Assembly: GCA_024704765.1 (NCBI GenBank) | Contig: JAKMXF010000066.1 | Coordinates: 627,854-691,853, forward strand | From: Oopsacas minuta | Lineage: Eukaryota > Animalia > Porifera | Direction: 5' to 3' | DNA: 64,000 bases | Shown: piece after piece, positions 28,081 to 42,300 of the stretch | Layout: each line of letters begins with the position of its first letter | Position numbering within the stretch: position 1 is the first letter of the stretch | Notes under the pieces: model-generated | Seen by the model: the letters and a program-made list of their open reading frames with translations, nothing else | What the model was told of the DNA's origin: nothing | Databases searched by the model: none | Made by a program: the position numbers and the translations under genes

Positions 28081-29895
28081 ATGGACATTGCTTTAGAAGA
28101 ATTGGAATTCGGGAAATCTCTAGCGAGTTGTGTTCAATGCGAATTGCTTAATGATTCGACAAGGCTTTTGCCTTGTAGCCATGTTCTATGTGAAGATTGC
28201 TACAAAAGCTTAGGCAGTTTAAGTAACTTTATTTGCCCTGAATGCGATCATGATGTTAAAGAAGATGAATACGTTGAAGAAAACTATTTTGCTGAGCTTT
28301 TTATCCGATCAGAAAAAGTTTTGGAGAAATTAAAAGCAAATCATCCTTGCTCAAAATGCAAACATTTAATTTCCAGCATTTATTGCATTACTTGTGAAAG
28401 TTTTCTATGTTCAGTTGACTTTCATATTGAACATAAAGAAGATGGTGACCTCTCTCAACACGATTATATCTGTGTTAATAAACCTAAGAAAGTAATAAAC
28501 GCATTTGAGGAAAATAGAAACGTATTGAGGGACATTTTCGTGAAGTCGAGAGAGTTCAAAAATAATGAAAAAGTGAATATTTTGTATCAAGATTTGACGG
28601 TTTATGAGCATTTGTTGGAAATTTGGCGTCAGCGATATCAAAATATTGAATTTAGCTTTGATGAAACTAAGTTTCAAGAAATTCAGTGTGTTAGCGAGAT
28701 CAATACATACTACGGAAGCATAATAGAGGAGGCGAGAACAGCTATGATAGAGCAATCGAAGGAAGTAGCAATGTATTATGACAATCAGCGGAAAAAGCTT
28801 CAAAAGAAGTTGTCACAAACTACGCAGTTTTTGAAGAAACTTGAACAAACGAAAGGATTAATCGATATTTACATTCAGTTCTCAGATTCCTACGAGTTAA
28901 TTGATAAAAGCTCAGCGTTGATTGGCCGGATCGAAAGGATTGGGAAGGAAATTGTGGAAACAAAATGGCAATTTCCAGATGTGGTCCCTGTCAAGTTTGA
29001 AAAGAGTCTCGTAAGCGATGTGACAAGCAATTTCGGAGTTTTGAAGCAATATAGAAATTTCCAAGGTGCTTTCTATCCGAACATTTCCTTTGGTTCTTAC
29101 GGAAAAACGAAGGGTCAATTCAAAACACTTCAAGACTTAGCACTTTATCGAAATAATACTCTCTTCATACTAGACAGCGGAAATAAATGTGTTAATGCAT
29201 TCTTAACAAACGGATTGTTCCTCTTTAAATTCGGCTCGCCTGGCACCAGGTCAGGTCAATTCTTAGACCCACGATATATAACAACAGATGGGGATCTGGT
29301 CTATGTCACTGATACTGGAAAAGGAGACGTACAAATATTCAGCTGCAAGAACGGGAAATGGATTGAGAAATTTGGAAATATTGGAAACCAAACCGAAAGG
29401 TTAGCTTCACCACACGGAATAGCAATCTCAAAGAAAACGAATAAAATATTCGTAGTAGACAGGCCGAAGCAGTGTATAAAAGTCTACTCCCCTGGTTACG
29501 AATTCATGACAGAAATATGCAAGAATTATTTAGTGGAGCCGTGTGATATAGCGATCGGTTCTAATGGTGAAATATTTGTACTGGATTGCTCTAGTAAATG
29601 TGTACATGTATTCGATGACGAAGGGAAACTTTTACGTGAATTTGGGAGTCTCGGAGAAAATCAAGATCTCTTAAATCCATGCTACTTAACACTAGATACA
29701 CAACATCACGTAATCCTTAGCGACAGAATTGGTCATAAGATATGTGTGTATACAACACACGGAGAACTAGTGACAGTATTCGGTGGACATGGTAGTCAGC
29801 CTGGGAAAGTGAATTTTGCAAATGGAATCGCAGTAGACACCGAGGGAAATATCTTTGTTTGTGACACAGCGAATCACAGAATACAGAAATTCTAA
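28081..29895 (+). CDS. TRIM-NHL-type E3 ligase (RING, B-box, coiled coil, NHL repeats), intronless
   Basis: CVQC...LLPCSHVLCEDC...CPEC RING; CSKC...YCITCESFLC B-box; coiled coil; about 6 NHL repeats (FGSPGTRSGQFLDP, ANGIAVDTEGNIFVCDTANHRIQKF). Confidence 0.9.
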   Translation: MDIALEELEFGKSLASCVQCELLNDSTRLLPCSHVLCEDCYKSLGSLSNFICPECDHDVKEDEYVEENYFAELFIRSEKVLEKLKANHPCSKCKHLISSIYCITCESFLCSVDFHIEHKEDGDLSQHDYICVNKPKKVINAFEENRNVLRDIFVKSREFKNNEKVNILYQDLTVYEHLLEIWRQRYQNIEFSFDETKFQEIQCVSEINTYYGSIIEEARTAMIEQSKEVAMYYDNQRKKLQKKLSQTTQFLKKLEQTKGLIDIYIQFSDSYELIDKSSALIGRIERIGKEIVETKWQFPDVVPVKFEKSLVSDVTSNFGVLKQYRNFQGAFYPNISFGSYGKTKGQFKTLQDLALYRNNTLFILDSGNKCVNAFLTNGLFLFKFGSPGTRSGQFLDPRYITTDGDLVYVTDTGKGDVQIFSCKNGKWIEKFGNIGNQTERLASPHGIAISKKTNKIFVVDRPKQCIKVYSPGYEFMTEICKNYLVEPCDIAIGSNGEIFVLDCSSKCVHVFDDEGKLLREFGSLGENQDLLNPCYLTLDTQHHVILSDRIGHKICVYTTHGELVTVFGGHGSQPGKVNFANGIAVDTEGNIFVCDTANHRIQKF

Positions 29896-29988
29896 TTATA
29901 ATAACAATTACGTAATTCTAATAAACCCACATTTATTAAATAGAAAGGATAATTATTAATAATTTTATAGTTTAATAAAGTTGACACA

Positions 29989-30252
29989 ATGACTGATAAA
30001 ATAGAAGCACTAGAATTCATTCTCCCTAAACAAGGACATATCTACAGTGAGCAAATACCAAATATGGTATTATGCAAACCGAAATTATTGCCTTTGAAGT
30101 CAATCACACTTCAGAAATTAGAACAAATGCAAAAAGAAGCAGGAAAGCAAGCAAAATTCCAAACAGAAATGATAGCAAGGCAGATACTCGCTGAGGAGAA
30201 TGAGCTACCGAATTGGCCCAGCCAAGGCCAAGAGAGAAATGAAAATAATTAA
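29989..30252 (+). CDS. BBIP1: BBSome-interacting protein 1 (BBIP10)
   Basis: ILPKQGHIYSEQIPNMVLCKPKLLPLKSITLQKLEQMQ matches the BBIP1 core. Confidence 0.9.
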   Translation: MTDKIEALEFILPKQGHIYSEQIPNMVLCKPKLLPLKSITLQKLEQMQKEAGKQAKFQTEMIARQILAEENELPNWPSQGQERNENN

Positions 30253-30378
30253 CTGTATTCTATTGTTAGTCTTATTAAACAAACAAATCAAACAATATTA
30301 TTAATAATAACTTATAGCGCACGAACATATACAGAATAATATCAGCAGTTAATTCGTATTAATAACAACCAAAGGCGA

Positions 30379-33300
30379 TTATTTTTTGTGAGCATATTGC
30401 AGTAAATATCGTTCACAGATCTCTTTAATAGCGCTGTCTCCTTTCTCAATAGCGAGTTGTCGAATTCTCTTCACTTCTTCTATCATGTTCGTTTTGACTG
30501 CAGCTAGATACGCGTTACGTAACCGTCCGAATTGAATGTTAAGTTCAACCTAGAGGGAATTTAGAAATTAGAAATTATAAATTTAAATATTTCGTTGTTA
30601 AACTTACTTTACTCTTGTCACAGATTAGAAGACTAACAACCATCTCAGGGTCCTAGATCACAAAAAGATAAAGTGTATATTTTGTCGTTTTCGTAATACG
30701 AAATACAGTGGAACCCTCGTTAATACGATTACCAACAAAGGCCAAAATTTGCTTTGTCCAGAGTTGGTATTTACGAGGTTCCATTGTAGTCAACTACTGT
30801 ACAATAGGTTTTTATTCAGGAAATACGGTCAATGAATATAACTCACCAATATGCCAACAGGTACTTCTCTTATAGCATTAATAACAACTTGATCTCTCTC
30901 TATATCAGTTACTTTATAACATTTTGAATAGTAGCGTATAGTCTCTTTCAAATCATCAGATCGCTTAGCTAGCAGTAAGCTAGTTATAGCCTCTGAAAAT
31001 ACTTCAGAAGCAACCAAGCGAAATGTCTAAATGGTAAATATACGAAAATAATTTGAGTAATAGGATAACTTAGAAATGCAAATTAGAATAGCAAAACTCT
31101 CAGTACTCATTCACCGGTAATCTGAACCCAAATTTGATGGATAGTTCACTCTCAAAATAACTCGAATTGATTACAATCCACAACATTTTCCAATAATTAC
31201 CCATAATATGCGATAGATATCAAATTTCTTGTAAGAAATATTACTACTATAAAAACCAAACTCACAAATACTACATTACTCTAACCAGTGCTAGTTATCA
31301 ACTAGTCATATATCTATCAATTGTATTCACAGTATAGATTTCAAGGACATAGTACACAATGGAAGAACCTGGGAAAATAATCAATATGGTGTTAAAGAAA
31401 GGTAACTTCGAAAAGAAAATATTCATAGTAACGCTAGCCTTTGCATTTGGGTTAGTATCATTATGGTTTTTTGGATATCTCCATGGGAGCATTGCATTTG
31501 ACCAATTACAAATCCACATAGATAACGTGCCTATAAACGTAGATACTCCCATCCAATTTGATATGGAAGATTGTCCTTACGCTTTTCCTTACATTTCCAA
31601 ACTCTATATCAACTTTAACGTGGATGAACATTCAAATACTGATATTTCCATCTCATACTATAAGTATAAAGATGAGTATGAAGGGAAATACATGAATAGG
31701 ATTAATAATTGTTTCGCTACAGTAGGTCAATCGTGCTCATTAGAAGTTCCAAGGTATGAAGAAGGCAAGTACTTGGTGGTTAGAGCTGATGAAGTCCAAA
31801 AAGAGGAAAAAGAAATAAAAGGAAAGTTCTTTTGGAGATGCGAGAAACAGTACAACGTAATCTTTACAATAATTGGATACATGCTAACTAGTCTGATATT
31901 ATTTGTATTTCCTCTCGGACTATTTTTGATTGACATCTAATTGACAGTAATGTTAAGAATTTTCTCTAAGATAATTATTAAAGTTAAACTCAATACTATA
32001 TTTTATATGCTGATTCGGCTCAATATATCCCAAATAATTTCTATAGGAATACTGATAATGGCAAAAACTGAATAGCATAAAATCATAAGGCAGCAAACCG
32101 CATACATAATTACAATAAGTATACAGATATACATATTTGTAAGAAATTTTCCTTACAAATACATTGCTTGTATGAAGTTTTTCCTAAAATAGATGGCATT
32201 AAAATGGCTGAAAATCACACCCAGAATAACCGAGGCTAAAATGAATATTGAGAGGAAAATTCTAACAATTACAGTCTACACAATTCTAATTATTTGTATT
32301 GTAATCGCAATTCCGACTGTAATAATATTAATTCTAGCCAAGGTAGGGGAAGAGCCCGCGACAGTGTTTCACTCTACAGTAGATGAGGGCGGGAGCACTC
32401 GTTTAGAATTCACAACAGAGAATTGTCCAAAGATTTCATATTTCTACTCAAACCCCTCTGAACTGAATTTGTACCTCAAAATATTCCCAGATACTCTCTC
32501 AAAAGCTGGGATTACTCTATCTTTCTACACATCACGTTCCTCAAATGATTCTAACATATATTTCGGTCGTTTAGCGCTATGCTATGCTTCTCCAGGATCC
32601 CAATGTTCATTATTAATCCCCAAACACGTATTATTCTATCCGATAGTAACAGCAGATTCAAATCTTGATGGAGACATAGATACAATAATATTTCGATGGG
32701 AATGTTTATACACAATGAATGATCCTCTCATCGTTACTACAGTACTATTCACACTGTGTTTATACGTAATATTTACAATATTAACGTTCTTATACTTCAG
32801 AAAAAGAATTATTGGAACTATTACGAATTGTTTTGAGAATATTCATGCGTTTATAAGAGCAGCGCAAAATGAAGAAAAGGTGCTGAAAACTCCTACTGAG
32901 TTAACTATTGATGAAATGTTCAGAACAGATACTACTATTAGTTAGGAAATATAAGTGATAATAATAGCTATGAGATTCCCAATTGTGATTTATAATAGCT
33001 GGACTATACGTATTAGTAATACAGGTAACTCCCATTATATCGAAGCTCAACGGACAGTGGTAAGAACTTCGATCTAACCGATGACATATATGTTACTTTG
33101 ATGGTTTAGGAACATATTTGTATTATTTCAGACTCGATATAAGCGGGTATTTTGATATTACGGGAGTTGATCGTATTACAATTTACAAATATCTCAAACA
33201 CTTCAAAAAATAAATCTCACCTTTATTACTTGAAGCATCAATTCAATACCAAGGCTGACTGTATTTCCTGCTACGATTATCTAAAGAAGTAAACTCTATC

Positions 33301-36300
33301 ATTTCAATATTTACCATACAAAGATTAAACATACTTCAGCAGCTAGCTTTGTTTTGAGTGCCGGAGACCCGAATAGTGTCGGGGTTTGAGTTAAAGGCTG
33401 TTTGCCAAGCTTTAAGTTAGAAGCAAATAGATTTTTGTTCTGACATAGATGGAAGAATTGTGTTACTTCAATTTGTAGTTTTATATTTTCTAGGTAAGCG
33501 TTGAGGTCTGCTATCGGTTTAGATTCTTGTTTAACCTAAAAGCCACAAAATAAGATATTTCTCTCTGAATGAAATCACAGAAAAGTTGAAATACACTTCC
33601 ATATTTGGGCATAAATATCGTTATTTAATTAGGACACAGAATAATTTGAATTTTTAGAAATCTACTCGAATAGAGCTGTAAATAGCAAAAGTATAATTAA
33701 GGACTTCACTTAGGCGTTATACAAACAAAGAAGCCCTGAGGTCATTTGGTTGGCTCCATTGTGTCATTGAACTTTGTCCGGTGGGTATTCGCTAGTGCAT
33801 GAAAATAGAAGCCAATTATACGTAAAGTAACATTAGATAACGCATAACTACAGACTCATTGCTGAAGTATAAAACCCAAGAAAAATGGAAAGACTTAAAA
33901 CAAGCGCTAATAAATAGAGATGGGAAGTGGATGTGAAAATTGCTATAGGAAAAATAGAAGTTGTATTCTATGTTTCTGCATGTTTCTATTTATTCTTTCA
34001 TCGATTGCAATCGCTGTCGTTTTAATTTCTGGTATCTTAATGATAATACAGGTATTTCAACTGATAGGCGATGCACGAGTTGATGACAGCCAAATTACAA
34101 GAGCTGAATTAATCGATAACTTTAGTGATCACTGGCTAGTCATGACTTCATCGTTTTTCCTACTTATAATTATCTCCATTTTGTATCTTTGCATGCATTT
34201 ATCATGTATTTGTCACTTGATAAGGAGGAATAAACAGTACGATAAACAAAAGAAACAGAATGAGAAGGGGACTGAATCAAGTCCCTTACTTAAGAAGAAA
34301 GGAAAATTAGTTGTTGGAAAGGATAGAGGAGTTATTGACATGGATCATGCAAGAGAAGAGTTTTACTAGATATTTGTTTTGTTGATTATTTATTTATCTT
34401 TATAATATATTTGGAGGTTTAATTGTAGAAGAGATAATTCTTTGTCTTCATTCCTGTTTTTCTAGCATAGATAGCCTTGAGGCATATTAAAACTGTAAGC
34501 AATGCAATCGCCGATTCAAATACTTTATACAAATCTCTTACTTCATTTAATAAACACCAAAATATATTTGGCTATTTATTCGTATTTCACATTTGTAGAA
34601 AGAGGTTTAATGAGTCATTACATGCAAATACAATAGAATAGGTATGCTTAGCATTATTATTATACACATAATAATAGACACATATTTATAATATCAGTAT
34701 ATACCACTAAAACCCTCTCTTCTTTCGCAATAAACGAGACAAATGTCTGAGTGAGCGTAAGGCTACACAACACAAACAGAGCAGACCACCAGAGGTAGCA
34801 AGGAATACAAAAATAGAACCAGGAAATATAAAAAATATAAAAAACATAGTACAAGCACAAATAGAAAGTAAAACAATTACTACACAAATAACGAAAGACG
34901 ATGAAGCTACTGTTGAGATAGCGATACAGCCACAAATACAAATTACACTAACAACGCTCACAAAAACAAAGAAAGACACCGAAGTTACTCCTGCAGTTGA
35001 GATACAAGCACAAAGACATAATACACTAATAACTACACCAATAATTACAAAAACAACCAAGGATGATTGAATTGATAGCGCGATACTTACACCTGCTATC
35101 GTCCAAGTTATCGGATCATTTAAGAAGAAATAAAATGAGATTACTCTGGTCATATTATAGTGTCTATATTAGCACACAGTAAGCCTACAATGCTATTATC
35201 TCAGCATCGGATTACAAGAAATACAAAGCTTTAATAATAATAGACAAATATGATAAGGAAGAAAACAATAACAAGAACTGATAGCAATTATACACAAAGT
35301 TAAACGGATACTACGACGTAGTTCATTATTACTGCTATTAGTTATCATCTGGAGCACCTAATAATGTAGGGTATTCATGTGGGAATAGAGTATTATAAGC
35401 AGGCGGATGTGACATTGTGCTGGCTACATCATTTCGTATGGAAGTACGACTTTCCTGGCTCGGTAAGTTTGGCATATGCAAATCTGAATAGTAGCGTTTC
35501 GTTATGAATGGAAATTTGACACATAACTTCACACAAGAATAGAGGAGAAAAGCAAATATGAAAAGGAGGATGAAAAGGAGGATAAGGATAATAAAAGCAA
35601 AACTAGAAAGCAATAGAAATAGAAGAGTAGCAAAAAGCGAAGATGTAACAACTACTCCTGAGATCGCAATTATTGGAAGTACGAATATGCTGAAACATAT
35701 GTAAGAGCATTTGTTGTAGGACCTCATTAATAACCTAGCAAAATTATAGAAATTAATTAGTTTCATACTTTATATCGCCAAAAGGTACATACACAAAGCC
35801 TACAATCATATTAAGCATCAAATTACACCTGACAATAATATTGAACAACAAGTCATGCATAGAGCGGTAATCTTATTAAAAGAATAAGTGAGACAATAAT
35901 AATAATAACAAAACTTCCAAATCCTCACAATGTATTTGATAATAATATTCTATTTATAAAAATACACATTAAAACACGATAATAATGGCATATACAAACA
36001 CTATACTACCACTTCACTAGCTGGTACTTGATTATAAGTGGGTATTATCCTAGCTCTATCTCCAGCAGATATTGCGTTATAGGAAGGAGGAGGAGTACGT
36101 GTTGGAAATGAACCAATACCTTGTTCATGATGTGCTTGGGGGTTAATAAATGCATGCTCATCCTCATCATATGCCTGTTGTTGATGTTGGTCTTCTTCTT
36201 GTTCTTTCTTTCTCCATAAAGGTTGACGGCATTGTAAATATAAACAACAAACAAAAAATTGACAAGAACACACTGATAATATTAGTAGGAAACAAGTAGC

Positions 36301-39300
36301 AATTCCAGATAGAACAAAGTTACCATTTGATTGATCTGAGAACAAAAGTATTGCAAGTACAAATCCAGTTATTATGATAAATGGAAGAAGAGTGGTTGAC
36401 AAGCAGAGACAAGAATAGACCAAAAGTTTCTCACATATAAGGCAACTCTTTCCCATCTTAGAATAATATTAAGAATATATGGCAGTATAATATGAGATAA
36501 TTCATATATATCAAGGATTGGGCCTACCGATACAGTATCTAGGATATAATTCTAAGAAAGTATTAAATTACAATACTGAAGAAAAGATACAGATTCAAGA
36601 AGAGTATTAACCAAATAAATTCAGTAGAAATGCAGAAGAACTTTGCTAGTACTTACAGATTATAATTCTCATTCAGAACACGTATTAATCTCAATAATGT
36701 AAATTTCCTGCAAATAACAATACTATGAAATAATTAATCAACTGGAAAATAAAGATTCTCTCTCGTTGCCAGGTTCAACACGTGTTGACGTATACATAGG
36801 TGGAGGAGTAGGTCGATTAGCTAGCACACCAGAATTATAGAATCTCCTCTCAATGTTTCTGTCATTATAAGCACAATTAGTCTCATTTTCTATTCTAATA
36901 TTCTGCCTTCTATTCTCCCAACGTTCCTCTCTTAGTTTGTACATAATAGTACAGGAATAGCATATACAACCGAGTATAGATACAATTAGCAACGTAGTAG
37001 AACATATTAAATAAATCTCATCAAATGGAAGAGTCCCTGGTGTCGCGATGGATTCTCTATGAACATGATCTATTACCCCAAGACATGACACTATTATGCC
37101 AGCTATGAAACAGAAAGGTAACAGAAATGCTGTACAGCAAATAAACGATTTGATTATCGTTTCGTCTGTAGAATAGTTCTTCATAATAAGAAATACAAAA
37201 TTATTCAAAATATTATCTTTGTAGAGATGTCCATAATATGCTGATCGGGTATTATAAGTATATTATAGAGGTAATTCCATATAAGGAGGGAAATTTGAAA
37301 TAATGACTCATACAGCGTAAGAGAATATGCAGCTGATATTATTACACGACTTGTATAAAGTATAAACAAAGAGACTGTTCAATAGGGGTGTGTGGAGCCA
37401 ATGGTAGTCCATGGACGACACCAGGGGGTCCACAGAATGTGTCAAAATTGGTTGGGAACCGCTGTTTAGTGTGGTCGTGTACTTCAACTGAGAGTGGATA
37501 TTAAATTGATAACACTTCATAAGGTAATATAATATCTGATAGAACAAATAATAGAATATTATGCGTAAAGTTAACTATAAAGAAGACGATTCACATTGAT
37601 AAATGTAAAAAAATGAGGAAATTAATTTTCGCGTTTATAACAATAGCCGCAGTTATGTGGTTTGGGTTATACTTTTCATACTTACTTGTAGATGTACTTC
37701 TTCGTATTTCTGACCTTGGAACAACTTATACGTTATATTACAATGCTTCTTGTGACGTAAAGAATAGCTCAGTACCTTGCATTAACGATAGAAATGTAAC
37801 TCATGAATCGTTTTGTGATGGTATTATGCATTCATTCGTGCTAAATACTGTGAGTACTACAGTAGAAGGAGCGATTACGTGTACATGGACAGCTGTATCA
37901 TTTTTCTTTATTACGTGTACGGTCCCAATTATTGACAGAATAACTCAAGTGAATATAGTAAATAAGAAACTGAGTCTACAAGTTATAAATCTACAAAGAC
38001 AGTTATCTGAGAGAGCAAGGGTTATCGTTAGGAGAGCTGACAATGCTCTACCCCCCTATACAGAGGAAGCAGATGAAAGAGGGAGGCTGTTAACAGAGGA
38101 TCGATTGCCAAGATACGATACAGTCGATAATCCTGCAAACTAAGTGAAAGAGTCTATCAAACAAAAGAGTTTATATATCCTATTTTGTAAAAAGTATATT
38201 TCCTTGTTGTAAGTACTCAATCTTGGATTAAAATGTTAATTAAAAGTATTTTTAAGTACAGTGTGTGCAGAGGTAGTCCACGGACGACAGCAGGGGGTCC
38301 ACAGAATGTGTTATATTGCTATAATGGGACCACAGGTCAAAAGTGTTGGGAACCGCTGAGAGAGAGGGATTATCAAATTTTCATGTATTCCTTCATACGA
38401 TAAATTTCTAACTAGCATATATTGCTAATTTGAATGTATTTAAACCATGGATAATAGAGAAGAAATACAGAGGAGTATTGTATTACTAATTAGGCAATAT
38501 TGTACAAATATATAAATGAGGAATAAGCTACAAACTATATTCTCTAATTGTGTAATTAATAACCTTAAAGAATGGTTCATATAACAATTCGTGGTAAAAT
38601 TCATATATTCTATTGCATATTTATTCCCTTCACCTTAGCAACCTGGGTGCTATTAATAATAGCTATCCCATGGTCTATAATACAGCTTAATTTCCAAAAT
38701 TCATGCAATGATGCACATTGTCAACCGATAAAATATGGAGCTATTTTAAATATATTATTATCAGTGGTTATCATCCTATGTTGCTTGACAACGTTCCCGT
38801 TCATATGGTATTTAGTTCGTATCGTTACAAGCAATACAATCACAACACTACGAGAGAGTGACAACAGCACAGAGAGGGGAAATAGACCTTCATTCAGTAT
38901 CAGAGATAGTTTACTGCCTTCCTATAGGACCGCTACTGCAATAAGAAATGATAATATAGAGATTAGCAGTGGAAGAAGTGTACCTGATGAGTCATTAGTA
39001 GCAGATGGTTATAGTATGCAGAATTGAAGTAATGATTCAAAAACTTTGTTATAATTATTCACTGAGAGTTGAGGCTATTTTAATGAAATATTTTAAGATA
39101 TGAATTGTGGGTAAATTCTATAGTGGTCATATTGTTCAATCGATTGATCAAACTTTAACTGCCAAAAAGGTTTGAAAATATACACATTAGAAGAATTACC
39201 CATACACCAATTATGTCAATAGGACAACTAGATTTATGATGACAGCGCGGCACAGACGTCGTACACGTCTTCCATCTCCCTACACGTAGAAACTGTATTA

Positions 39301-42300
39301 AATAGATGAAAGTGAATTGCTATACATTTGCTGTACTAAGCAAATCCACAATACTTAGTTCACTATTTAAATGGATAGGTTATTAATATGTAACTACACA
39401 ATCACAAAATCTTATCAAATTACACGTAAGATCAGAAATATAAGAGCTTTAGGCATAAAATGCATTACTACAAGACTTGACTAATAATTCATTTAACTCT
39501 AGCATAAATATTGTATTCATATACTCCAATACTTAGGAACAGTTTTTGCAAATCATCTTTGAAATACAGTGGATGCCATACATGTTCTTATAACTGGTAT
39601 TAAATATACAGGAATATTTGGGAACCGTTTTCCAGAGGATGGTGCTTATATCCGGCATCCACTGTACATTGGGTATTTAACACTTTCAGAAGTGTTAAGT
39701 CCCAGTACATAGAGCTAATTGGAAGCTCCACTTAATTAAGGAAAACTGTTAGGATGAAAAGTTAACTAAAAACTTCCCATAAGCCATCATAATTAACATA
39801 TTTACAAAAGATTATTTTGTAATTAGCTATAAATATGTGTTCGTCTTCACTCCGTATAGTATCATTTGCCTGTGCATTCGGAGTGCTAACAATCCTTCTA
39901 ACTCTCTCAATAATATCAGGACTATATTTATTCGTCCTATCGTGGTCAGAATTCTGCCAATCTGTTCCTACAACATGTGAAGAATGTGAAACTTTATCAA
40001 CTAACTGTGATTATCTAATCGCATCTACATCCTTACTATCAGCCCAATCAGCATTAATAATCCTATGTTTCTATACGATAATATGCTTCTATGTGACTAT
40101 CAAACGAAACACAACTGATATATTGGAACCAGAACCAAGTGTTGAACTACCAACACCTTTCATAATGGCAGACACATCCAGGAACCCTGTATGCACACCA
40201 CATATCCTTCCTGAATATTCAGAGGCTCTTAGTGATAGAGAATGTTTGATCAGACCAAGACAACCTCCAAACTACGCTGACATTAACTAATATTGAATTA
40301 TCTGTGTGTGTAATCATACATTTTATTCAATTGTTTGTTTTATTAATCAAAAATACTTTTACTTAACTGTAGGCTGTAATTCTATTGGTCAATACACTTG
40401 ATTAAGTATAACTATACTAATTTATCATATGATTAATCATATTATCACCTTTTGAGGATATTTCAAAATTGTCCTCGAGATTAGCTTCCACCTGTAAGTC
40501 AGAGGTAAACAGGGCTGTAATAGTCGATTCTATCACTTGCGAAGGTCTAACACGATTATTTACTTAAGATTTGAAATTCTTACTAAAATAGAGTTTTAGT
40601 AGAATATTATAGTTCCAATAATCAAATGAAATTCATTTTAGGGAAATCAAGCAATTTTGAGATATTAAATCCTAGAAATACTAAAATACAAAAATACAAA
40701 AAGTTAACAAATAGCCCTAAACTAATGACTAGTTATTAATAATACAAGGAAACCTCTTCTGAGAGAGTAGATTATTTTCATTTGATTTAGGATCTCTTCC
40801 AACGACAGTCCCGTAATCTGGGAGATCATTTAATAGACGCTCTGTGTCCGGCGCGGATGGGGAGGTAATTGGGTCAACATGTGTTGGGGGGTCTCTTGGG
40901 ATGTATGGGCGTTGTATTTCCGGTTTAGGTATAACTCTATTGATCCTCTGTATCTCAACATGTAGTCCGGTATTCGTAGCTCGTAGATCTTCTATATCCT
41001 CCTTCAGCCTAGCTATAGCCCGATTCAACTTCCTTTTTGTACTTCGGTTCGTTTTCAAACACATGAAAAACATGAAAGTTGAAAAAACAACGAGAATGAG
41101 TGCAAATAAATTATTCAAAATAGCTGTTGATGGTAAGAAGCAATTATCCAAACCGAATTCTGTAGAGAAATGCTTGTAATTCAAACAAGTCTGTTTAATA
41201 TCACTAAAATTGATATTAGTTAGTACGAGTAGCGTGGGAGAAGATACAGATACGAAGATTAAAGATATAATCAGCGGAATAGACAATAAGATAAATAGGA
41301 TAATCTCGAATTTGATTTTACACATCTTGGGGTAAGAATAAGATTTGCTAAATAAAATATACAAACACTACAGTTTAGGCATATATAAGTATTTGAAATA
41401 TGAGATATGGGAGATTTGATATGCGTATTTCTAACAGGTATAATTAATTAATACATGGATATATATGGGACTTTTCCAGTTCACGATATTGTCATTTCAA
41501 ATATACAACCACGTATATTCTGCAACAAGACACATAACTAACTATCAAATACAGTTATATGTAAGTTTATTAAACGACTATGCTATATTACTCATGAAGA
41601 ATACACTAATGATAGATAGATGAAGTAATAACTAATTATTGGTGTTAATTAGCTAAATATTAAATATCTAAGAAATATCCCAATAAACTTATTTCACACA
41701 TAAAATACTAACTGCTTTAGGGATGTGGGTACTTATAGTATAAGAGTTGGTTCACCTGATTGGGCTGAGGTTCCTCTCCAATAACAGCCCCGTAGTTGGG
41801 AAGATGGTCGATTAAAGAGTCAGTTTCTTCACCAGTTTCTAGATCTTCTCTAGCACATGGAAGGTACTCTAATTCAGTCATTTGTTGACTTGTATTTTGC
41901 ATGTCATTTCGTATTGGATTAGTGTTTGGCTGTCCTCTCACTCTCTGAGACTCAACATGCAATGCCCCTATTTCATCATGTAACTCAGTTATTTCAAACG
42001 TGAGTAACCTCACTTCCTTTCCCCATTTCTTCTTAGTATCCGCGTAAGCGTTTCGAAATAGTAAAATGATTACAACCGAAGTAATTACAAGACAAATGCT
42101 CAACAAATTATGGAAAATCCTGAGCAATGGTAATATGCATTGATTCAAATCATCATCAGTCGTATGATTAAGATAATGAATACATATATCTTTTAAACCA
42201 TCGACATTAGTATTAGTTAATAGAAGCAATAAAACTGATGATATGGCTATGTAGAGGACGGATACAGTGAATGGTATAGCGAATATCACAATACACCATC

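Larger units (their letters stand above)
31027..33220 (-). other. 2.2-kb ZFYVE26 intron hosting two antisense genes
   Basis: Donor AAG|gtgaga at 33220 and acceptor tttag|ACA at 31027, both phase 0. Confidence 0.85.

Noticed and set aside
41467-41477. kappaB-like GGGACTTTTCC, and IRF-like GAAANNGAA motifs at about 39312, 45033 and 49804
   Set aside because: Single or degenerate sites expected by chance in AT-rich DNA; not supportable without an enrichment test.
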